A DNA stretch of 64,000 nucleotides from Pelagomonas calceolata (Eukaryota), in contig CAKKNE010000004.1 of the NCBI GenBank assembly GCA_918797485.1, forward strand, positions 3,782,001 through 3,846,000, written 5' to 3'. The translations under genes were made by a program, and so were the position numbers. This document shows positions 41,589 to 52,444 of this stretch, piece by piece (the first letter of the stretch is position 1; the number at the start of each line of letters is the position of its first letter). The notes under the pieces were generated by a model. The model did not search any database. It had not been told where the DNA came from and was given only the letters and a program-made list of their open reading frames with translations.

Positions 41589-43590
41589 CCAGCAAGCAGT
41601 AGTCTCGAATGAGTACGTTCCAGTCGATTACTCGCGTCCAGAGAGGGGGAGAGCGCCAAATGGTGGGTGGGTCGGCGTAGGATTCGTCAGTCGGGAGGAC
41701 GAGGAGGCCGCGGCTTACGTGGCCTTCGACTCGTTCGGTAACGGCGGCGGGAAGGCCTGGCAGACGCCGGCGCCGGCGGAGAAGCCCGAGAGCGCCGCCG
41801 CCGCGGGCCACTCGCTCGCGCCCACGATGCGCGTCGGCGGCGGGCCGACCGACGGCTGCTCGTCGAGGCCCGACCTCGCGTCGGCGCTGGATATTTTGCT
41901 GCAAACGAGACCTAGCGATATACCTACTAGCACTTATAAAAGATACGCCTCGATAGCGTCAAAAGAATGAGCCAAATTCAGAATACATCCTAGTCGTCCG
42001 CCGCGACCAAATATTTTACAGTAACGGCCCGGGAACATACCCTCGCGCCTCCCGGAAGGCACCGCCCGCGACATTCACGAATGAGACTTACCAGTCGCCA
42101 ATTTACACCAGCGATTGAAGGTGCCTTCTATGATCCAATTGATACATTATATCAACTCCAGCCCAGTTTTCATACATAATCGACGGAACCGGAGCCGACG
42201 GCCCGCGCTCGCAGGGCGGGAGAAGAATTCTACTAGACAACTCTCGCGTTTATGTTCGTTTCCTTCCGTTTGGTAGTGGTAGAGTCCATCTAACCCGCAT
42301 CAGCGACCACTGAGCTATTTTAGATGATCCGTTAGAGCCACGCGAAACGGCGATTCGGCAGCCCCGCGTTTATCCAAATATTGGCTCAAGACCTGCACCC
42401 GCGAGTATCAGCGACGCCACCATCCAGATGGACCATAACGCCGTTGTTCTATTCACAATCGACCGACCTGCCCGTTCTCCGCGGACGACTGTACGGTGAC
42501 GGAGCACCGGAAAGGCCCCAGACCGGTGGTTTATAAAATAAATTTGCGTTTCAGGCGTTTTGGTTGCAGGACGGGCCATCCGACCGGCCTGAACACCTAC
42601 TACATTGGATTACCTGTCCCGTTTACAACTCGCGCCTTGTCGGTCTCGGGACCGCATCATCTCGTCAATTTGGGGCTAGTTACTTGGACCTGCGACGATC
42701 AGCGCGTGTACCATCACCATGGACCTTGATGAGATCGTTTGTTCCATGATCGACCGACTTATGCGAGGTCCAGATCAAGATGTTCACGTCCTGAGCGTGG
42801 GCAGTCAAAAGTACCCTTCTTATAATGTAGATGTCATATACTTGTAATTGACTATCGGTGGGGTAGTATAGGGTCCAACGAGACCGCTACGGCGACTACT
42901 GGGGGCCCTCAGGTAATTGACGTTTTTGACGGGAACGGGGCGCCATCGGGTCCAAATTGCACACTTTTTTCGGGGGCAGATCGGCTCGCAGACGCCCTCT
43001 GGGATAGGTCTGGGGTCGGGTAGTCCCCGGGACCGCATACGCCGCCGATGCGGCAGTCTAGTGCTCTCAGAGAGCCCTGGAAGCCATTGCCAAGTAATTC
43101 ATGCTAAAACTCCGTGGGCTGCTGAGAGAAATCGACCAAAAATGCTTGAAGCGGCGGCGCACGCGGTATAGGCGCTTGCACGTGTATAGTACTGACCCTA
43201 GGCGACCCCAGGGACACCTCTTTGGCGGGGATTGACTGGATTAAACCGGGGCGGCCGGCCTGTGGACCGTGGCCATCGTCGGCCGCGAATTAAAAAAATT
43301 CCTTTTTCGGCCCCCAGTACGTGTCCCATTGATCTCTTTGGACCATTAGCGAACGGAACGCTACTCAAACGACTGCATGGCGCCATCTCTTTCAAACCTA
43401 GTATGTCTGTGTCGTTAGCCAGCCTCCGGCCCGGCGGCCCCAGGCAAAAGACAAAGCAATTCCACCCGCTATCATTTATTCGCGTTTCGTTAGCCACATT
43501 GTGACCGCCCGTAAAGCAGCCAAGGAGTTTGCTCGTGCAAAACCCCACACGCACAACGGCGCAGCGCTCGTTTCCACACCCAACAGCTAA

Positions 43591-44562
43591 ATGATGATCA
43601 ACGGCGCCGTCGAGGTGATCACGGCGTCCATCGTCGCCGGGCTCACGCAGCACGCGGCGCTGCACCCGCTCGACACGCTCAAGGTGCGGCTGCAGTACAG
43701 CAAGGGCGTGCCCATGTCGACGTCGGTGCGCGGCGCGCTGGGCGACGCGCTGCGCGACCTCGAGCTGCCGCCGGGCACGACGAAGGCCGCGCGGCCGCAG
43801 CCGCCGAAGGAGAGTAGACTGTGGCGCGCGCCGCTCGTCGTCGACCTCGTCGGGGCGACGCGCCTCCTGCGCCGGACGCCGCTGAAGTCGCTCTACGCGG
43901 GCCTCGTGCCGAGTTTGGTCGCGGTCGTGCCGACGGCCGTGGTCTACATGCCGGTCTACGAGGCCGCCGCGGCGGTCTTCGGCGGCGTGCTGCCGACGCC
44001 CATTGTCGCGCCGGCGGCGGGCGTCGCGACGGGCGTGGCCTGCTCGCTCGTGCGCGTGCCGCTCTCCGTCGCGAAGAGCCGCGTCCAGCTCGGCCTCGCG
44101 CCGTCGGCCGGCGCGGCGCTGCGGCAGGCCTACGCGACGGGCGGCGCGGCGGCGCTCTACACGGGCTTCGGCGCGACGCTGGCCCTCGACGTCGCCGTCG
44201 CCGTCGTCCAGTTCACGGCGCTCGACGCGGGCCGGCGCCACCTCGACATCAAGAACTCGGCGGCGCTGGGCTTCATGGCCTCGGCGCTCTCGACGGCCTG
44301 CACGGAGCCCGTCGACGTCGTCCGCACGCGCATCATGGCGCAGCTCCGCCGCGGCGACGGCGCCAAGGCCAAGGGCACGGACTTCAACTACACGTCGCTC
44401 GCGGACGGGCTCCGCAAGGCCGCGGCCGAGGAGGGATTAGTGGCGCTCTACCGAGGACTTCTCCCGCGGCTCCTGCTCAAGAGCGTCGGCGGCGCGATCT
44501 GGTACTCCACCTACGTGTCCTGCCGCGCGGCCCTCGGCGCGCCCGTCGCGGCCCACAAATAG
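43591..44562 (+). CDS. Mitochondrial carrier family (SLC25) protein
   Basis: Three signatures PLDTLKVRLQ, PLSVAKSRVQ, PVDVVRTRIM. Confidence 0.9.
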   Translation: MMINGAVEVITASIVAGLTQHAALHPLDTLKVRLQYSKGVPMSTSVRGALGDALRDLELPPGTTKAARPQPPKESRLWRAPLVVDLVGATRLLRRTPLKSLYAGLVPSLVAVVPTAVVYMPVYEAAAAVFGGVLPTPIVAPAAGVATGVACSLVRVPLSVAKSRVQLGLAPSAGAALRQAYATGGAAALYTGFGATLALDVAVAVVQFTALDAGRRHLDIKNSAALGFMASALSTACTEPVDVVRTRIMAQLRRGDGAKAKGTDFNYTSLADGLRKAAAEEGLVALYRGLLPRLLLKSVGGAIWYSTYVSCRAALGAPVAAHK

Positions 44563-44608
44563 TGTATTCTGTTAAAATTTAGTCCGTTGACACCCGCATG
44601 TTCTCGGA

Positions 44609-46036
44609 TCAGAGGAATTTCTGCGGCGGCTTGGGCTTGTCGTCGGCGCGGAGCTTCGGCCCGCAGCGCGGCGCGACGAGGTCGCCGACGGCGTCGGCCG
44701 CGCGGCGCATCGCGGCCGCCGGCGCGAGGCCCTCGGCCCGCGCCGCGGCGTACGTCTGGCGGTACTTGCGGTTGTGGTCCTGGACCTTGGCCGACTCGTA
44801 GGCGCGCGCGTCGTCGGCCGCCGCGCCGTTGAATTCTACTAAATTTGGGAAGCACGTGTTCTTCGCGGCCGCATCAGCAAAAGCCGTGTAGGACAGGCCC
44901 CGCACCGTAAGCGTCTCGAGGCGCTCGAGCGCCGGCGGCTCGCGAAACAGCGCCGCCGCGTAGGGCAGCGTGCCCCTTACGGTCAGCTCGCGCAGCTTCG
45001 GGAAGCGCGCGAGCCCTTCCAGGCGCGGGCGGTCGTGGCCGCTTTCCGCGACGAGGAGCAGCGCCGAGAGGTTCGGGCACCGGTCCGCTAAAGGTTCCAG
45101 ATCCACACCGCCGGCGCAGCTCCGGAACGACGCCTTCTCGAGCTTCGGGAGGCTCGGCAGCGTCGCGAGGCCATGCACTGACGGGAAGCGGCAGCCCCGA
45201 AATTCTATGGACGCGAGGCGCGGGAGCTGGGCCAGCGCCGCCAGCAGCGGCGCGTCGAGGTCCGCTCCCCTTAACCCGAGGTGCGTCAGCGACCGCGCCG
45301 CGTCACCGGACGCGACGCCGGCCGGGTCGCCGACCCACTCGAGCGATTTCAAAGAGAGCCCCGCGAGGGGACTGGCGTCGATGGCCTCGCCGCCGGGCCC
45401 CGGCGGCAGGGACAGGTGCGTCAGGCTCGTGCAGGCCGCGAGCGGTGTTAGGTCGGTCGGCCGGCACGTCGACCGGTCGCCGCCGCCGTCCCCATATCCA
45501 ATCTGCGTGACGGCCAGGTGCTCGAGGTTGCCGCATCTCCTCAAGGGCGTGAGGTCGAGCGCGGTGCCGGCCCGGACGCGGACGCGCTGCAGCGTCAGGC
45601 CCCGGAGCTGCGCGCAGCCGCCGATCTGCTCGAGGTCCTCGGCGTTGACGGCGGCGAGGTGCAGCGTGCGGAGGCTCGGCAGGTGCGCCGCGATGGGCGC
45701 CGGCAGCGGCGACGCCGTCTGGTGCAGGGAGACGTGCAGCAGGGCGCCGACGCGCGTCTTCGACGCCGCGAGCACGAGGCCGTCGGCCGTCGCGGCGTTG
45801 ATCGCGCCGTCGGCGGCGCCGAAGCGCATCAATGCCTGTTCCAGCTTGACCAGGGGCCACGGCCGCGCCCAGAGGTCCAGCGGCGCGCGCGCCGTCGTCA
45901 TGAGCCGCCGGAGCGTGCGGTCCGTCGCCACGAGGGCCAGCGTGCCTTGGAGTTCCAGGTGCGGCGTCAGCGTGCGCACGGAGGTGTGCACGGCGGCGTG
46001 GAGCCCCGCCGTAGTTCGGGGCTGCTGCGACGTCAT
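44609..46036 (-). CDS. Leucine-rich repeat protein
   Basis: Repeated LxxLxL units (LRTLHL, LRGLTL, LEHLAV, LTHLSL, LRELTV). Confidence 0.7.
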   Translation of the reverse strand: MTSQQPRTTAGLHAAVHTSVRTLTPHLELQGTLALVATDRTLRRLMTTARAPLDLWARPWPLVKLEQALMRFGAADGAINAATADGLVLAASKTRVGALLHVSLHQTASPLPAPIAAHLPSLRTLHLAAVNAEDLEQIGGCAQLRGLTLQRVRVRAGTALDLTPLRRCGNLEHLAVTQIGYGDGGGDRSTCRPTDLTPLAACTSLTHLSLPPGPGGEAIDASPLAGLSLKSLEWVGDPAGVASGDAARSLTHLGLRGADLDAPLLAALAQLPRLASIEFRGCRFPSVHGLATLPSLPKLEKASFRSCAGGVDLEPLADRCPNLSALLLVAESGHDRPRLEGLARFPKLRELTVRGTLPYAAALFREPPALERLETLTVRGLSYTAFADAAAKNTCFPNLVEFNGAAADDARAYESAKVQDHNRKYRQTYAAARAEGLAPAAAMRRAADAVGDLVAPRCGPKLRADDKPKPPQKFL

Positions 46037-46510
46037 CGTATAAGCGGCACCTCACCGGCGAGGAGGTAAGCTCTTCTTGTGTGGTTTCCCTGTAAATGCA
46101 GGCAACGCCACTTCGTATGTAATTTGTGTTCGGTGTTTGCGTTATAGGGCGCTTGTCTGTTACGTTATTGCTTTGTTCCTAACAGCGTTTAGAGCTGGCG
46201 GCGAGATGTCGGCCATCGATGCCTGTTGGGAGGGAGGTAGAGGCAGCCTCCACCGTTCGAAGCCGTACGCTGGACCGCTGCAGCAGCTCTCTTCCGCAAT
46301 CATAAACGAGGCCTCGGTTTCTAGAGAAAGGTTCGGCCATCAAAACAGGTTTTCAGCGCTTGGCAGCGCTTGAATTTGAAGCTTAAATGCCGTCGTAGAA
46401 GCGCAACTGCAGCTGTGAACCACGCCTTGTGCCACCTTCCAGCCGAACTCATCATACGGCACAGCTCCAGGACGATAAACGTGCTCACTGCTGCCCTCAC
46501 AGTGCACAGG

Positions 46511-47722
46511 ATGAAACTGCTCCGGGCTGCCATTGCGGCGGCAGCTCTGGCAGTGGACGTGGACGTCGCAGTCGGACCATTCGGGCCCATACAAGGCGCC
46601 GAGAACAGACTGCTCGCGCGCCTGCGACGAGACGCCGCGGGCAGCCGCAAACCCGCGGCGGCTGCACGCGTTTCGCATCCGACAGGCCTCCTAGTATGGG
46701 GTGAGAGCCTCTTCGCGACCGAGTTCCGACGCGACCGCGTGCTCGTGGCGTCGACGGCGCGAGCGGCAAAGCGAGAAGGCTCTACAAAGTTCGCTAAAGG
46801 CTGGACGGTCTTTGCTGATCGTGGGAGGCACTGCGCGACGACGCGCGGGAAGGTGCGCTGCGCACGGCTCGACGGCGCGTGGGGCCTCGCATCAGACGCG
46901 GCGCGTGGCCTGCTATTCGTCTCGAGCTTCGGAAGCGACGAGGTCCTGGCGTTTTCCGAGGGGGGCGATTTCAAGTACGCTTTGACTGGTGATCTCGACT
47001 GCCCGGAGGGCCTGGCACTGAACGGCGATCAGCTATACGTAGCGAGCTTCCTCGATTCTCGGATTGTCGCGTTCGATCTATCGACGCGGCGCGGAAGGAC
47101 GCTCGCCCTCGGACCGCCCGTCGGCGTCGACTACGAGTCTCTTGCCTTCGTGCCGGCTGCATTCGACGACGAGCTGTCGGCTCGCGCCGCGAGGCAGCGC
47201 GCCGCAGAGATTTGGAACGAAGACGCCGAATCTGCGCCGTTTGTCGACCGCCTGCGGGGCCCCGAACAGCTCGTTGTCATAGGGAATGCGACGCTTGCAG
47301 TATCTTCGCTTCACAATGATTCCGTCTTGACGCTCGACCTCGCGACGGGCGAGCTCATTGAAGTCATTGTCGATGGTGCCACGGACGACGAGCTTTCGGG
47401 GCCGCTGGGCGTGGCCAGTGCAGGCGCCGCCGTGGCCGCGGCGGCCGACACCGACGAAGACTGCAGCGACGAAGACGGCGGGCTCCTCGTGGCGTCGTAT
47501 CGGTCCGACGTCGTCTCGGTGGTGCGGAACTGCGGAGGTGTCGCGCCACTGCAGCTGTCGGATAGGCGGCTTCGAGGGCCAGTAGCCATTGCTCACGATG
47601 AAGAAGACCCGGGAAGCCTCTACGTCGGCGCATACGAGGCGAGCGCGGTTTTGTATTTCAACGTGTCGGACGCAGGCGCGGATGCAGCGCTCCTTCGGCG
47701 CGTCGCCGACCGAGTCATGTAA
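46511..47722 (+). CDS. Secreted NHL/beta-propeller repeat protein
   Basis: Signal peptide; blades HPTGL, AWGLA..LFVSSF, CPEGLAL..LYVASF, GPLGVA, GPVAIA..LYV. Confidence 0.7.
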   Translation: MKLLRAAIAAAALAVDVDVAVGPFGPIQGAENRLLARLRRDAAGSRKPAAAARVSHPTGLLVWGESLFATEFRRDRVLVASTARAAKREGSTKFAKGWTVFADRGRHCATTRGKVRCARLDGAWGLASDAARGLLFVSSFGSDEVLAFSEGGDFKYALTGDLDCPEGLALNGDQLYVASFLDSRIVAFDLSTRRGRTLALGPPVGVDYESLAFVPAAFDDELSARAARQRAAEIWNEDAESAPFVDRLRGPEQLVVIGNATLAVSSLHNDSVLTLDLATGELIEVIVDGATDDELSGPLGVASAGAAVAAAADTDEDCSDEDGGLLVASYRSDVVSVVRNCGGVAPLQLSDRRLRGPVAIAHDEEDPGSLYVGAYEASAVLYFNVSDAGADAALLRRVADRVM

Positions 47723-47732
47723 TGTTTAAAAG

Positions 47733-49331
47733 TTACGACCGGTTGGGGTAGGGGACGATCTCGGCCTGTGCGACCGGCTCCGGCTCCGGAGCGGCCGAGG
47801 AAGCCCTCAGCGGCGCGGGCTCGGGCCGCGACCACCGCCAGCACTGGAGCATCAGGAACAGTCCGAGTATAATCACTACGACCAAGGTGCTGTAGAAGAG
47901 GGCCTTGATTGGTTTCTCATCGTAGATGCAGCCTGCGCGCGGGCAACGGTTGTGGGCGTGTCTCCGAGGTCTCGCGGAGTGTCGTGTCCGAAAATCTGAT
48001 TTCCACGCCGCGCTCAGGCAGTGCTCCTGCTTGCTCGCGCAACACAATTTCTCTCCACTCGCGCCGTGGCAGACGATGCTCGCTTCCTTCTTCAACAGAC
48101 CGCACGAGTGGATCTCCCAACAAGAGTCGCTCGGGTCGAACGAGGCCGTGTCCGCGCAGGACTTGAGGCGCCGTCGCTCGGGCAGAACTTCAAGCCGCCG
48201 CGGCGAGGATACCTCGGGCAGGACTTCAGGTCGGACGAGCGTCAGGTTCCGGAACGCGTCCTCGGCCTTCAGGTGGACGCCGCGGCTAGCGAGCGCGACC
48301 GAGACGGCGCACTCCGTCCCGTGCTTGGCGTGGATGCCGAGCGGCGCGCAGACGCGCCGCAGCCGCGCCTCGTCGGGCGCCGCCGCGCCGAGCCCGAGCC
48401 GCTCGCCTGTGCGCAAACCATACCGTCGCGTCGATGGCGAGAAGCGCCGCGAGATTTGATTGCGCACTGCCACTCGCAGCCGTCGTCCGCGAAGACGTCC
48501 CGCCACACCTCCGCGTAGGCCTCGGCCGCGCCGCTGGTCAACGCGGCGAGCACGCGGCGCGGCATCGTTGTGCTAGGTCCTCAGCTGCGCCAGATCTTTA
48601 ATAAGGAAGGCCGGTTAGGGCGTCTCGCGGGCCGGTCGTGCGTGCTTCCTAGGCCCGCGTCAGTAGCCCTGAGCCCTCTGTACGTACAGCGCACTCCAGT
48701 GCTCCTGAGTGGAGCAAAGTTACCTGAAGCTGTCAGACTTTGCGATGATGCCGACGGTCGTCCACCCCTGGTCCCGGCACCAATCGCAGAACGCCTCCGC
48801 GAAACCATCACCGTCGCTGGGGATTGTCCGCACGAAATTTGAATGGACCGCCTCGTCCAGCACGGGACTCGTGGCCGACGGGCTGATCATGTCAAAACTG
48901 TTCGCGCCCGCCACGATGGAGAGCGGCACGGCCACGGACGAGAATTTGGGCCCCACGATGACTGCGGGTTTTCTAAAATTCGGATAAAAGCAATCATCGA
49001 AACCCGACGAAATGTAAGCTTCGGTGAAATCCTTGATCGCCACCGTCGGACCCTGCGAGGTGTCCCAGACGTCGACGGAGAGCACAAAGGGGCACGCCGG
49101 CGGCACCTCTGCGAACTCCGCCACGATCGAGCCGTTTCGCGCGTTGAATTGGTCCGCGGCCATCTTCGCCGCGACGGCCCATTGCCTCGACTGGATGTCG
49201 CCTTCCGAGAACGGCAGCCAGAGGCTCGCGCGGAACGATTCCCAGCATTTCCAACACTTGCCGTCCCAGGCAGTCGTCGGGCGCGCGCACGAGATTGCCG
49301 CGAGTACGCCAAGCAGGGCGTGGCGCCTCAT
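47733..49331 (-). CDS. ANF-receptor (Venus-flytrap) domain single-pass membrane protein; exon structure tentative
   Basis: Exon 1 has a signal peptide, IVGPKFSSVA, ISPSATSPVL, FVRTIPSD and GWTTVGII. Putative introns 48573-48723, 48407-48477 and 47933-48019 give one frame ending in a Cys-rich segment and TM (LFYSTLVVVIILGLFLML). It could be two genes. Confidence 0.5.
47933..48019 (-). mobile_element. Degenerate introner-like GC-AG intron (87 nt, in frame)
   Basis: GCGTGGAAATCA TIR remnant near the donor; GCGCGCAG acceptor; TSD not recognisable. Confidence 0.4.
48407..48477 (-). mobile_element. Introner GC-AG intron (71 nt)
   Basis: TSD CCGCTCGC/CCACTCGC (7/8); ends CTGTGCGCAA...TTGCGCACTG; joins two ORFs in frame (DDGC|ERLG). 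Confidence 0.8.
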
Positions 49332-49498
49332 CTTTCTCGCTCTAACCAGGGAAACTTCTTAGAGTGCCAAGAGTTTCAGGGCCGATTGATGCGCGGGCCT
49401 CTCCCACGAGCACGAGCTATGTTTTTTTAAATAAGAACACGACTGATCTGGTCTCGTTTTGCCAGATGCGTGGCCTCGAGCCCAAAAAAACGCTTGAG

Positions 49499-49518
49499 CT
49501 AGCGGCGTAACATACTAG
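49499..49518. promoter_or_regulatory. CTAG-N-CTAG upstream motif
   Basis: CTAGCGGCGTAACATACTAG between divergent starts 49331(-) and 49600(+). Confidence 0.55.
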
Positions 49519-49599
49519 CAAGCTGGGTCTTCGAGACGACGCGCAGCAATCGAGCCCTGAGCCACAGACTCACGGGCTTCGAGCCCGACGACAGCAGCC

Positions 49600-52179
49600 A
49601 TGAGTGCGCTGCACGCGCGTAAGACGGCGCACGGCACCGCTGCGACAGCCGATGAAGCGGTAGCAACACAAGCAGTGGGCGACCGTCCGCCGCCCGAGGC
49701 CCAGCGCGAGCTCTTCGCGCGGGCCTGCGCGGCGCCCGCAACAACAACAATCCTCGTCGACGCGCAGTTCCTCGCGCAGTGGCGCCTGCACACGTCGCGC
49801 AAGAGTGGCGCGCCGGCGCCCGCAGCGATGGACAACCGCGCGGCGGCGCGGCGCGGCGCGGTCTGGTGGCGCGACTTCGAGTGCGTGCCGCCGGCGGCCT
49901 ACGACCTGTTGGTGAAGTGGTACGGCGGCGGCCCGCGCGTTGCGCGGCCCGTCGCGGCGAGCGGTGTTGTTGGAGATGCCGTCGCGCGGCCCTGCGCGAC
50001 GGCAGTCGCGCGGCCCTGCGCGGAGCCGGTCGACGCGGCCTGCGGCAATTGTGGAAGGGCCCTGGCCGTGGCGACGGCCCGCGGCTGCGGCGCCTGCCGC
50101 GCCGTGGCCTACTGCGGCGAGGCGTGCCAGCGGGGCCACTGGGCGCGGCACCGGCGCGACTGCAGTCAATGGCGCGACGACGATGACAAACCATCGAAGG
50201 ACGCCGTCGAGGCCTTCGCGCGGTTGCGAGATGCGTGCTACGTCGACCAGCGGCGCGGGCTGCGCAATCTCGGGAACACGTGCTACTTCAACGCGACGCT
50301 CCAGTGCCTGGCGCGCTGCGCGCCGCTGTCCAGATATTTGCTGAGCGACGCGTTCGTGAAGGATATCAATGAAAGTAACAAGCTCGGGTCGCCGCGGGCC
50401 GAGCTCGCGCGCGAGTACGCCGCGGCGCTCAAAAGATGTAGAAGGGCGCCGCGCGGCGCCGTCGCGCCCAAGGGTTTGTTGAATGCGGTCGCGCGCTTCC
50501 GGAGCGACTTCGAGGGCCGGCGCCAGCAGGACGCGCACGAGCTCCTGCAAGTGCTACTCCACGGCCTCCACGAGGACCTGAACAGGGTGCGGGGGCCGAA
50601 GCCCTACTTCACGAAGCCCGAGTCGACGAAAGCGACGGACGACGCGAAGGTAGCGAGGGCGCACGCGCGGGGCGAGGCGCTCCGCGACGACTCGGTCGTG
50701 ATGGAGGCGTTCGGCGGTTTATTGAGATCGACGGTCGAGTGCCCGGCCTGCGGCCACCGGTGTGCGCACTTCGAGGAGTTCCTGTCGTTGGAGGTGGAGC
50801 TCGAAGGCGAGGACAATGGGACGGAGACGGTCGACGACGACGACGACTCGGGGAACTCGGACGACGATTCTAATGATACGATGCCGGCCGGGGCCGTGGT
50901 CCTGTACCCTTCTCCTGTAGGGATCCCCTGCCCGCCCTTCGAGGTGCCCGACGAGGGGAGGGTCAAGGCCGTGCGCGCGGCGGCGGCGAAGGCGCTTGAT
51001 GCGAGTGTGAATGATGTTGTGCTCGCGACGCTGGCCGCGGGCGACGTTGTCGACGACGGCGACGAGCTCCCGGACGGTTTGGCCGCGCTCGCGCTGCCTG
51101 ACAACTCGAACGCGTGCCTCGCGTACGGCGGCGAACCCCTGCCGCGCGCCGTTTTATATAAACCCGACGAGCCCGCGGCGGACCTCGCCGCGCGCGCGCT
51201 CGCCGCCTACGATCAGGTAGTAGGCTCCGACCCCTGCGCGCGGCTCCGCGTCGCCGCGCGGCCCGCCAACGACGACGACGACGACGCCGTGTCGGTCGGC
51301 GACGACTGGCGCGTGGCGCGCGACCGGCGGCGGAAGAAGCGGCGCGACGGCGACTGCGGCGCGTTGCTGGGCGCGGCGCGCGTGCACCGCGTCGATGTCG
51401 TGCTCGACGAGGACGAGGATCCCGCCGAGAAGCCCGCCGAGAAGCCGCGCGACCGCGCCGCCGTCACATGTGCAATCACCTTCGCGACGGCAGCGAGGGA
51501 GACGGCCGCGGTTGTCGAAGAGGGCGAGGCGCTCGAGCGGCGGCGCCGCGCGCGCGCGGCGCGGCGGCGGTCGCGGCGCGCGCTCGCGCGCGCGGCGCGC
51601 GAGGTCGCCACGTGCGACCCGCTCGCGGGCTTAAACTTGCCCTACGTGCCGCGCGTCGCGCCGCTGTCGCTGCGGGGCTGCCTGCGGCGGTTCACGGCCC
51701 CGGAGACGTTGCTGGAGGAGGAGGCCTGGCGCTGCGAGGGCTGCGCCGCGATGCGCCGCGCGACGAAGCGCGTCGCCGTCTGGCGCGCGCCGCGGATCCT
51801 GGTCATCACGCTCAAGCGCTTCGCGTTCGCGCGGTCGTCGCGCAAGGTCGATAGGTACGTCGACTTCCCGCTCGAGGGCTTAGATCTGGCGCCCTTCGTC
51901 GCGCACGCGGGCGGCGAGACGGGGCGCGCCGACCTGACCTACGACCTTTTTGGGGTGGTGAACCACTTTGGCGCGGCGGGCTACGGCCACTACACGGCCT
52001 TCGTGCGCGACCTCTTCGCCGTGGGCGGGCCGGGGCCCTGGCTGCGCTGCGACGACTCGAGCGTCGCCGAGGTGCCGGCCGACGACGTCCGGTCGTCGGC
52101 CGCGTACGTGCTCTTCTACGCGCGGCGCGACGCGGTCCGGGCGGAGAGCCTGTCCTCTCCTCCCGATAGTAACGTGTGA
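49600..52179 (+). CDS. Ubiquitin-specific protease (C19) with DUSP-like and MYND zinc-finger domains
   Basis: GLRNLGNTCYFNA, QQDAHE, LKRF, NHFG...GHYTA, DDS; MYND CGAC..V.YC...CQ..HW..H...C. Confidence 0.92.
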   Translation: MSALHARKTAHGTAATADEAVATQAVGDRPPPEAQRELFARACAAPATTTILVDAQFLAQWRLHTSRKSGAPAPAAMDNRAAARRGAVWWRDFECVPPAAYDLLVKWYGGGPRVARPVAASGVVGDAVARPCATAVARPCAEPVDAACGNCGRALAVATARGCGACRAVAYCGEACQRGHWARHRRDCSQWRDDDDKPSKDAVEAFARLRDACYVDQRRGLRNLGNTCYFNATLQCLARCAPLSRYLLSDAFVKDINESNKLGSPRAELAREYAAALKRCRRAPRGAVAPKGLLNAVARFRSDFEGRRQQDAHELLQVLLHGLHEDLNRVRGPKPYFTKPESTKATDDAKVARAHARGEALRDDSVVMEAFGGLLRSTVECPACGHRCAHFEEFLSLEVELEGEDNGTETVDDDDDSGNSDDDSNDTMPAGAVVLYPSPVGIPCPPFEVPDEGRVKAVRAAAAKALDASVNDVVLATLAAGDVVDDGDELPDGLAALALPDNSNACLAYGGEPLPRAVLYKPDEPAADLAARALAAYDQVVGSDPCARLRVAARPANDDDDDAVSVGDDWRVARDRRRKKRRDGDCGALLGAARVHRVDVVLDEDEDPAEKPAEKPRDRAAVTCAITFATAARETAAVVEEGEALERRRRARAARRRSRRALARAAREVATCDPLAGLNLPYVPRVAPLSLRGCLRRFTAPETLLEEEAWRCEGCAAMRRATKRVAVWRAPRILVITLKRFAFARSSRKVDRYVDFPLEGLDLAPFVAHAGGETGRADLTYDLFGVVNHFGAAGYGHYTAFVRDLFAVGGPGPWLRCDDSSVAEVPADDVRSSAAYVLFYARRDAVRAESLSSPPDSNV

Positions 52180-52245
52180 GTTTAGTAATCTGCTTTGGCG
52201 GCGTGGAACGATGCTTCGATATTCTGTTACGCTAGGACTCGTGGG

Positions 52246-52265
52246 CTAGCGCTGAGAGACACTAG
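52246..52265. promoter_or_regulatory. CTAG-N-CTAG upstream motif
   Basis: CTAGCGCTGAGAGACACTAG upstream of ATG 52445. Confidence 0.55.
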
Positions 52266-52444
52266 GGCGCTGCAGCGGCGCTGTGTGTTGCCGCAGACAG
52301 TCTGCGTGCGCTAGCTGAGGCCAGAGGGCGGAAGCCATTGAGCCTCGGCCGCGTCGTGCGCGGTGCGCGAGAAGGGCTGCCTCTCCAACGCCATCGACGC
52401 GACAGGCTCTGGCAGAGCAACAAAGTCCAAGGGGCAGCCAGAGG

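Noticed and set aside
42726..42794. Possible C/D-box snoRNA (TTGATGA...CTGA)
   Set aside because: No terminal stem and no rRNA-complementary guide that I could recognise.
52363..52405. Possible tiny 5'-UTR introner (CGCCATCGACGCGACAG)
   Set aside because: Only one hairpin arm; no TSD, TIR or reading-frame test is available.
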